A DNA stretch of 54,947 nt, the filler included, from Sphacelaria rigidula (Eukaryota), in assembly GCA_964200075.2 (NCBI GenBank). It is 5 parts of 5 records of this genome, joined end to end, with 100 filler letters (N's around TTAATTAATTAA, not from the genome) between each part and the next. Parts side by side here need not be neighbours in the genome. Positions count along the whole stretch, not along the records: positions 44,039 to 54,947 come from CAXNAA020005699.1; 4 more parts are not named here. One strand, given 5' to 3'. This document shows positions 45,913 through 54,947 of the stretch, one piece after another (the first letter of the stretch is position 1; every line of letters begins with the position of its first letter). The position numbers and the translations under genes were made by a program. The notes beneath the pieces were generated by a model. The model did not search any database. It worked only from the letters and a program-made list of their open reading frames with translations, and was not told where the DNA came from.

Positions 45913-46977
45913 CCTGCTGTTCAACAAGCCCCAGCGCGAGAGACTTACGATCGGAGCATTTCAACATGGTGCGAAAACAGTTCTCTCCTGCCCCGGTCCG
46001 GGAGCGGAATTGGAGTAGACAATACGGGCGATGCGGGGTTAAACTGAACAGTCCCAGGTGGCACCTCGACTGCGCCCGGAGGCGCACCGTTGCCCAACCT
46101 AGGCTTGGAACGAGGCTTGCGGCCTCGACCTGAGCTGGGGGAGTAGTGTTGCCTGAAGAACTGCTCGTTTCCCCAGGGATTGGGGGAACTAACTCTTGAA
46201 TTCCGCCCGCCTCTGTCGACAATATCCGTTGCAAAAAGCGCCGCGCCGTCAGCGGTCGGGCTTCCCACACATTTCTTGTCTACTACAAGGTTTTGAAGCG
46301 CCTCGAATTTTTCATCGGTAGAACGTCTATTCCCGTCCGCGTCAACCACTGAGTCTACATTACCGCCCTGGGAATCATGACTGTATACAGGTTGTGTCAT
46401 GTACTCCACGGGATGGATGCGCCGAAAGGTTTTCCTCGGTAGAACTCCGTTCCCCATCAGTGTCCAACACTACATCCGCCGAAAGCCCCGGTCCAAGACC
46501 CGACGCACTTCCAACTGACTGCTCGACACATGCCTCTCTCGCTGCTGCCCATTTGCATGTGTTCGGTCATTCATTTTTTTCGTGGATGCTTGTGTTTTCT
46601 CTCTCGTGTCCCCCCGCGTTCGGCAGGTGTACCAAGAGTTGAAGTCTCCCGCGCGGAACGGCTCTCCCGTGCTCAACGGGGAAGCCTTCTTACCATCTTC
46701 AACGCATTCCACAGGTGAGTCGCAGTACTTGTCACCACAATCAGGTTGGCGTCAAGTCTGTCTGCGTGTGACTCGTAGTAATTATCTTGTCTGGAGTTGG
46801 AATGTGTTCTTTAGAGGTGTTATTTCCTTGGTTGCCTGTTGTGTTGTGCAGATGCTGCGATTTTTGTTTGTTTTTTCATGCGGCGTACTATATCGCCCTT
46901 GACAGCACAGGAGAAGCAGTATTAGTTGTAGTAGTATGACAGTATAGTAGCTTCATCTGGAATTGGATATTTTGGTA

Positions 46978-47886
46978 GTTTTTCCGCAGTCGGGGGTATT
47001 CGGAAGTGTTTTCGAGTACCACCACTCATTCTGGTGAACATTTGATCCCAAAGTTTGGGAATCGGGAGATACTAGGCACCCCCTCCGCATTCCGAAATAA
47101 GACTAAATGTACCCTCACTACTGAACGACTTAAGGACTGAACGGTTTCTGAGGGGCCTGAGACTACCCAGGCCCACGTTCTGATCCTTACGAGTATTTTT
47201 GCTCGATTCAAGCAATCCCAACCGTTCTCGTGAACAAATGAAGAGGATTGCAGGTCTTAATTTTCACCTGCTTATCGCTAGAGCCGGAGCAACTGTGTTT
47301 TTTGGACCAGTGACGGCTTAATTTTCACCTGCTTATCGCTAGAGCCGGAGCAACTGTGTTTTTTGGACCAGTGACGGTCGATAACACCCCCTGAAGAACA
47401 AGGTACTTACTCCGTATCACTCCGACAACACCATCTGACGGTTGTGTTCTGAGCTCGACCTGTTTCTCTCCCCAATACCGATCGACGCTAGGACTTTCAA
47501 GCGCCAAGGACGGATACTACACGAGAAAATTTAGGAAAGTACCCCAAAACGAAAGTTGTCCCACTGAGCTCTGGGTAGTACAGGCGTGGGTGAACCAATT
47601 CCGGTCACTCTCATGAATGATTTTATGGACCCTGATTTTTGTTATTCTCACCTATTCATTGCGCTAAAATAGAAAAAAAAATGTGTTCGAGACCAAAAAA
47701 CGGTCAATAACATCCCCTGTCAAATTTGCTGGGAAGTCGTTCAATATTGAGCGCCGAGACGATTTTTGTTCCGGAATGTAGAGCAGGTGCCTAGTATCTC
47801 ACGAATCCCAAACGATGGGATCAACCGCTCGCTGGGATGAGCGGTGGCACGCGAAAAAGCTTTTGAAAATCGCCAACTACGGAAAC
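46978..47886. mobile_element. ~900-nt non-autonomous TIR element, copy 2, with an internal 61-nt perfect tandem duplication
   Basis: Collinear with 34431-35285; 47256-47316 equals 47317-47377. Confidence 0.85.
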
Positions 47887-48289
47887 AAATAACGAAACAT
47901 TTCCATTACATTTCAGATGAAAACTACTATGGCAGCAGTAGTAGTAGTAGTAGTAGTGGATCAAGTGTGGCGTGTTGGACGTCTCCCATAACAACCCGTT
48001 CATCAAAGTCAACCAACCAACCCACCCACCCACCCACCCAATTCACATACTAGCTTTCGACAACAGTGTTACTTGACACGTACCTCACAATTTTTCAATC
48101 ATCATATTATTGGACTCTTTTTTTGAAGTCTGCTCTCTCTACTTCGGTCCAGATTTAATTTACTGACGTAACTCTCACTCATGTGGGGATCTGTAGTGTA
48201 GTAATAGTAATACCCTCCGCCCACTGTAGTACCACCCCCAGATGATGCTGTCCTCGGTCTCAAAATGTCATATATACACCGGTGAGGAT

Positions 48290-48600
48290 CTGCTCCAGTA
48301 GGCGGGGAAAGTGATAGCTGAGCGGGCATATTTTTTGGTTCCGAACCGCCAAATCGACGCGCTGTTCAGAAGTATAGTAAGATGCCGACAGACCTCCTCC
48401 GGCTGCGACTTGGAGACGAAATGCACGGTGAAGTCGTTTTGAGGGAGGGAGAAGAATTTTTGCTGGTGCATGAACCATGCGTAATGTCAGTCACGGGAAG
48501 GGGCGTATCTCTCTCAAGTATTGCTCTACGAACGACCTGAAAAAATTGCACGAGTGGTTATGTTCCAGGCCGTCTTCTCGTCTCGAGGCCATATGTGCGA
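48290..48600 (+). mobile_element. Possible trace of Ty1/Copia RNase H C-terminus
   Basis: Only GRISLKYCSTND resembles the Copia G.I.L.Y..T.D motif; the flanks are too degraded to confirm. Confidence 0.22.
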
Positions 48601-49892
48601 TACTGACGTCATCGGGTCGAGAATATGTACATGTGACTGCAAGTCCTGTTGTCGGGTGGGTCCTAGGATACTAGGATAGCAACAGTTTCTTCTTTCTCCG
48701 ACGCTCGTTGGAGTACAAACTCATCGTACGTACTCACCAGCAGGGTATCAGTAGATGATATGCCCTGTTTGGCCTCGAGCACACGTGGTTTATACCGGGA
48801 CCCTACATGGGCATATTCAACGCATGGAGATGAGGACTGCGAACCCCCTCTTTGGGTAATCGAAGGCCCTAGTATATGCCCCGAGAACGCCCTCATAGTT
48901 TGTTTAACCCTTGAGGCCGGTTGGAAGTCGCAAACGTGCGCAACGGTGAATTCTCTACCCTGCCGCAGTGTGGATACAGCTTTTACGCCGCTTTCATGGT
49001 GACATCCTCAAATGCGCCTGTTGTGCAGCAAGGCTGTCAACGGGCTGCTACGACACTGCCTTGAGGCTATTCTTCCGCCGTGCTTCATCTGCAATGTCGT
49101 CAGCCACGGCTCCGTTGTCCTGTGGTGCTACTGTAGATCCGGCGTGTTGGATTCGAGAACTCGGAATTCGGGAGTTGCCTCAGCAGTCAAAATCTAGTGT
49201 AAACGGGGTTGCGCCGCATTTTGCGAATCGTGACGTGGTTATAGGGCGAACGCTGAACTGAAGCGCTTCGCCTGCTGTCGAAGAGCTAGTGCATGTGTTG
49301 TGTTGGATGTCTCCTTGTCTCCGCGCATAATCTCCATTATATTGGCCTGTTGGCCACGAGGAAGATGTGTATCCTGTCTGACTGCGGGTCTGGACAAACG
49401 GCGCGGCCGCAAAGGCTGGCTGTCCCTCAAGCCAAGTCCGATCTTTTTCCGAATGATTGCCCAGCGTACTATGCCACGGAATTCGTGGTTGCTCCCTTCC
49501 GCTTATCCATTCACTGATCCATCGGTGTCGAACCTCGCAGGTACAAACGCGGAATCATCGCCGACATTTTCCACCTCGCCCCACGCGGCTTCTAGCGGGG
49601 CAGAAACAGAGTGGGGTGCGACTCCGCTGGCTCCGGCGGTAGGAGAGGAGGCTGAGAGTCCCATCGATGGGATCACACATCCCTCAGAGGATTCGATCGC
49701 GCAATGACGAAAATGACGAATTCAGGAGTCAATCGCCAGATGGCAAATGACCGCTGTCAAATGGTCGTTGATGCCTCGGGGGTGAGGGGGGGGGGGGGGG
49801 GGGGAGCCCCCCATGTCCCTCTTTTGGATGTGGGCAGAGAGGAGGGGGGGGGGGGGGGGGGGGGTGATGACCNNNNNNNNNNGGTGGGGGGT

Positions 49893-49943
<51 letters not shown>

Positions 49944-50799
49944 CCCATGTCTCTCCTTTGAATCTGAGCAGCTAGCAAGGGGTGGGGTGGAGTGGGGCTA
50001 ATGACCCAATGACCTCTGGGAAAGCATTATACGTTTCGTTCCACGGCAGTGGGTTGGTGCGATAGGTCAGCACCAGTCCCTCGCCTAATAAATGTGGTGT
50101 GTGGTGTGCAACCTGGTCGATTGTTTATCGGGCTGTCAAAACACGAGTCATATCGCGTCGGTGGTACGTACAAGAAGGTATGGCAGGGATAAAACAAGAT
50201 GGATTGAATGAAGGATGGGTTGTATGATAGTATAATTGCATATGCAGGGCACACAAATGGGGTTTGTAGAGCAGAGAGAGGATCGTTTCAGCCAGGCTGC
50301 GTTACTAATGAGTGGCCGGCGGGGAAGGCCGCCGCGACTTTTGCCACTTGCTACCTGCAGTTTGGCTTCTTTTTTGCTTTGATTCGGCGATGGCGTGTCT
50401 CATGAAGTTAGAACAGTACAGTTTGGGGTCACGTTAGCGCCCACGGCAGTTTTGAGGTCTTGGTTAGTAATAGTTGCCGCTACGTCGGTGGGCGGCCCTT
50501 TGCCTTGGCTTGGGCGTTGTTTTTCCGCTCTGTAATTTTCTGTCATTTTGTCGGCATACGTTGTCGGCGTTGTTGTCAGATATTTGTCTTTTTCCACAAA
50601 AGAAATACTTGCATATATACACCATGGAGGAAAACATGCATAGCGCAAACGCGTCGTGTGTACGAGTCATGTACTGTAGAACGGAGCGGCGCGGGGGGGG
50701 GGGGGGGGGGGGGGGGGGGCCTACCTTGTGGCGTGGTGGGGGGGGGGGGCAACCCGCGCAGGCAGAGAAGGAAGCGGGTGNNNNNNNNNNGGTTTGGAT

Positions 50800-50843
<44 letters not shown>

Positions 50844-51629
50844 GCGTGTAGCCTACATTGTGGCATGATATGTCGGGGTGACATACCGCCTAGACAGACG
50901 AGCAACGAGCTTCGTATTATTTTAGCTGGGTTTGTGAGGTTATCATCATCTACAACGCGAGTTTGGTTGTTTGATTGGAGTTTATTCGTGTACTCTAGAC
51001 GGAGGAAGAGATGCTGGTAACAAGACTCGAGATTAAATAACGCTCCCGCCACTCCTGAGTAAACTACGCAGTACCCCGTCCCAGGAAAAACGACCTCGCG
51101 CAGGATAGGGTCTTTCACCCCCACGAGGGCCCTCACCTCACTCTCTACGGCGCTCGAAGTGCTGTGCAAAGTGTCCTACGAATGAATGCGTGCGCTCAGT
51201 ATCATGAATGTGGGACGTGCGAAGATCGAGCTGCAATTTTCAGTCCCCAGACTAACGCTAAGTGTAATAACTCAAGCGTCCCGAATTCATACGGCGGCTA
51301 CACTAATACGAAGGATGAACCATCGTTACTCGAATGTTGGATGAGTGAACAATTTGGAATGCCAGATTGTGAAAAATGGCGAAAATACCAAGAGGGATCA
51401 ATCAACGAGGCGGTGGCGGAGCGAAACGCGCGGCCTGGCGTAAGATGTCAACTGCTCGGAATCTTGAGCCGAATTCGGGATTTGCGAAGCAGAAATGGGA
51501 TACTGTAGAAGGATTCGGGTGCCGTGGCCTTTTTCGCTGACCGCCTCCGAGAACACGCGGGTTCATGCACTTACTTCCCCGACAGACGATGACAGATCAT
51601 CATGGAAGATCCTAAGAATAGGGTGAACC

Positions 51630-51890
51630 ATTGCCGGGTCGAATCACTGAATCTTTGATATCTGAGACCTGACTTCCTGAAAGGAAGGCAGAAATTGACC
51701 GCGGGTCGAAAAAGTCTCAAGCGCAAATTTTGCGCGATTCCGCGAGGCGGGGGTGCGCGTACTTGGGGTGCACCGCTGAAAACAAAACCATCTGAAGGAT
51801 CGATTCGTAGGGCACGAATCAATTGCATTAAAAGCAAATAATTTTCCGACGAATAATCTTTCGTCCGACCCTTGGAAGATGCGTAGGATT
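51630..51890. repeat. Dispersed repeat, diverged copy of 11920-12170
   Basis: See the partner feature. Confidence 0.6.
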
Positions 51891-52866
51891 GGAATATCGC
51901 TCAATGCCCATGGAGAGATGACTTCATCACACAACCATCACGGACGTACCGAAAGGGGTCAACCGTACATTCCGCGTCCGAAAAAATCGTATTCCACGCG
52001 CACGCAAGAGTGAATGTTCCGACCTTGATGTTCCCCCGCGTTCGACAGGACCAAGCCATGTCATCGTTTCTCCCAGAGCCTCGGCCACCGCTATTGATAC
52101 CAGCATTTTGCAACCGCAACGGCCGACAAACGGCAAATTCTCTGATAATGCTGCCACCCTGCACTCTATGACGCTGCGCTCAGACTCGAGGGGTGCTTTC
52201 TGTTGTTACACGATACACAAATGTTTATGATGACGGCGCTGCGTTGCGGCCCCTGAGGACAGCCGCGCGCAACCGTTGCTCCTCCATGTTGGGGCGGAGC
52301 TTTGCGATTCTGGTACAAATGTGAAAGCGCGCAGGCGAGAGCGATACAACGTGGGACATGTGAGCAGGTCGGCTGTTAATAGTCGACCAGGACGCACTAA
52401 TTGATTAGTGGCAATATTTTGCGCGTCATTTTTCAACTATACCACCGGCTAACTTCACCGCTCGCTCAGCCTGTTGAAGAGATCAAACGCCAATTGATTT
52501 TCATGTTAGTCGCTGCTTGAGACAACCAGAACGCAGCGATGTAGTACTTCGTATACGAATAGTGTTGAGTTTGTGGTACCGCAAGTAAGCCTGTCCCGTC
52601 AGTGTGGTCACCGGATAGATTACCGAGTCTCATCCTTGCTTCCACGGCGATGTTCATTGTGCTTCCTTTTGTTTCTTGTGCGGCCGTCCCTCCCTGAAGC
52701 CATTCGGCAGAGGCCTGTCGGTTACGTTCTCTCGTAAACGATACTAAAATAGATCTCAGCCTCGCGCTTTTCTTGTTTTTCTCCTCCCCTCTCCTTTCAT
52801 TTTCATATTATTTCATTTCCTTCTTCTCTTATCTGATTGCCGTCTTCAGTTTTCTTTGTTCATTTA

Positions 52867-52885
52867 TTGTTGTTGCTGTTGTTGC

Positions 52886-52919
<34 letters not shown>

Positions 52920-52920
52920 G
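52867..52920. repeat. (GTT)n microsatellite
   Basis: Direct reading of the sequence. Confidence 0.9.
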
Positions 52921-53377
52921 CAACTTTCCCCTTTTCTCGAGTCTCCTGCAGCCCATGTATGTGTCCATTCCTTCGACTTGAGCACATCCAATGTACAGTA
53001 TATTTGTACCCACGGCGGGATTCGACGCGAAATTACTTCACGTTGATGTGCCACAATTAACCCAATCAATCCAACCAACAAGACAAGACAAGGAGCAAGT
53101 CCCGTCCTCGACACACGATCTCATTGCGCCTACACTACTCTACCGTCTTCCAACCCGACATCCACGACAAAACACCAAACACGTCTACCAAGGGCGATGG
53201 TTTGAAAATGCAAAAGAAAAGAAAAGAAAAGAAGAGGAAACATCGAGAGCAATGAGAAAACACGGCCCCACGTATGTACACCGAGCAAAACAAAAACAAC
53301 CAGGACGAGACGATAAAAACCAACTTGAAAAAAACACGCCCGAGGCGACGACGGGCTTCTTCCTCCATAGAGCTCAC

Positions 53378-54737
53378 CTCATGCGCCCGTCCGAACAAGC
53401 AAACACCATCCTTCCGCTCCCAGCGTTCACCGTCGCCCCGACAGCCCAGACTCCTGCCGCCCATGGTCTAACCGACGCATCACGCGGCCGCCGTGCTCGT
53501 GACAGTCGCCGCTCAGCGGCTTCTCCCGCCAGCCCGAGGCCCCTATCAACAGGCCTTTCCACCCTCTGCCCATCGTTCTCTGTGCTCGACGAACCACCTA
53601 CCCTCTCAGCTACTGTGCCACAATTCGCCCTCTCGTCTGGCCGCGTCGTTAAACTCAAGTCTGGGTAGCGGTATTCGAGAGAGGCCAGCCCCCACGTTGC
53701 TCGCGTGGCTCCTTCACTTGTACCCTTCCTAGCAGCACCATCACCACTATTGCTGATTGATACCGGCGCCCCCGCGTGCCTTCGATCGCCGCCTTGTTCG
53801 GCCGACACTGCGCGTGCGTCACGACCGCGGTTGGACATCGCTCGGGGAACGGGCGGCGTATTCCGCGCCTGTGACCGGCGGCGATGGTGACGGCGATAGA
53901 TGACACGGACGTCCCACAGACGCGGAGCGGCGCCCTCCACTGCTGTCACCAGAAAGAGCCCTCCGCGAGCAAGACTTACCGACAACAACGGCCGCGGCGG
54001 TGGTGATATTGCTGCCCCTCCCGGGTGTAGTAGGGAGGCAGAACTATCAGTAGGTGCGTACTGGGTGATGTCGAAACGGAAGATAGCCCCTCGGGAGCGC
54101 CGGGCGTTCGGAAGGAGGCGCCAGCCGGTGATGGCTCCCCAAGGAGTTGTGCGGATCTGAGAGGAGACGCGGGTGTCGGAGGGGAGGGAGGGGGAGTACG
54201 ACGTATATGTGGGTTGGTGCGTGTCACAGTCGATCGTACTCCCAGGCTCTGGCAATGAGTGCCATTATCAGTAATCGGTCATCAGTGGGGGAATGAACAG
54301 AATCCGGAAAAAACGAACGTGCACGCGCGTACAATATTACGATGAATTCGGGACTTCGCACTGTTTGCGATACCGAGTAAGCAGACTATGGGGATTGCTC
54401 GCGTTCAAATTTACAGGTCTTTTGTTTCACCTGTATGTACGCACTTACGCACCATCAACATCGCCTCCATGTCGGCGCACACGTGCCAAGCTCGCCGCGA
54501 CGCCGCCGCTGGCGTGTGCAGCCTTCCTTCGTCACCGCCTCCGCCACCACCAGCCCCGCCGCCCGCTCCGCCACTGACCTCAATATTTCGCACCATCCCC
54601 GACATGGTCACCTCTACAACACACCCGTTCTCCCTGGCACCGTGAAACACGATATCGCTGCTGTCACCATGACTGCCGCCAGAATTAGTGCTCTCGACTG
54701 CTGCGTAAGCGGCAATGCCCGTCGCGAGTGCGTTACC
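53378..54737 (-). CDS. Two internal exons of a WD40-like repeat protein with long low-complexity inserts
   Basis: Exons 54737-54453 and 54156-53378 are GT-AG with a phase-0 join. Blade-like segments PLLSVSLARGGLFLVTAVEGAAPRLWDVR and VWAVGATVNAGSGRMVFACSDGRMR. Further candidate exons near 52160-52024 and 51160-51075 have ambiguous frame. The 5' end is beyond the window. Confidence 0.6.
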
Positions 54738-54947
54738 CTGGGTATTTTTCACGTCACAACGGACAGAAGTGGCAGAGTGCGGACACCAACAGCGGGTGGG
54801 CAGGCCAGGAAGGCAGTTAAGATATCAGTACAGGACCTTCGACTTGGACAAGCACCCTCTTGGTATGCACGAGGGGGGGGGGGGGGACCGAGGGAAATGC
54901 CAGCCAAAGGACGCGAACAGCGGGAGGGGGAGCCCGACAAAGGCGGG

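Noticed and set aside
45467..46457. 267-aa and 170-aa minus-strand ORFs
   Set aside because: One reads through the ATAC microsatellite and neither has recognisable motifs. They may be TE-derived but cannot be assigned.
52991..53668. 225-aa plus-strand ORF
   Set aside because: Antisense shadow of the WD40-like exon plus A-rich intron sequence.

Overview
Eukaryotic, intron-rich, repeat-rich DNA. TTAGGG repeats, GT-AG introns with A-rich acceptors and the transposon types suggest a brown alga or other stramenopile (inference). The window is not one contiguous locus. Four identical 100-nt spacers (N-runs around TTAATTAATTAA) at 10911, 21921, 32930 and 43939 cut it into five blocks of 10910, 10910, 10909, 10909 and 10909 nt, so adjacency across spacers means nothing. 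Block 1 holds a complete 8-exon HAT1 histone acetyltransferase gene (- strand, 491 aa). Block 2 holds a spliced MULE/Mutator transposase (DDE + SWIM) and a decayed Ty3/Gypsy pol with a chromodomain and an extra C-terminal module. Block 3 holds the central exons of an FAD-linked oxidase (aldonolactone oxidase-like); its long intron contains a decayed Ngaro/DIRS tyrosine-recombinase retroelement with an in-frame telomeric repeat tract, and telomere-repeat-bearing MITEs lie just upstream of the exons. Block 4 holds a second decayed Ngaro/DIRS element and a candidate multi-exon J-domain gene. Block 5 holds an orphan TPR exon and part of a WD40-like gene. Several MITE, SINE and LINE-tail families recur between blocks. 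I cannot support a wholly new multi-gene system; the most unusual observations are the telomere-repeat/mobile-element associations and the transposon domain architectures. All gene models were assembled by eye, with no database search.
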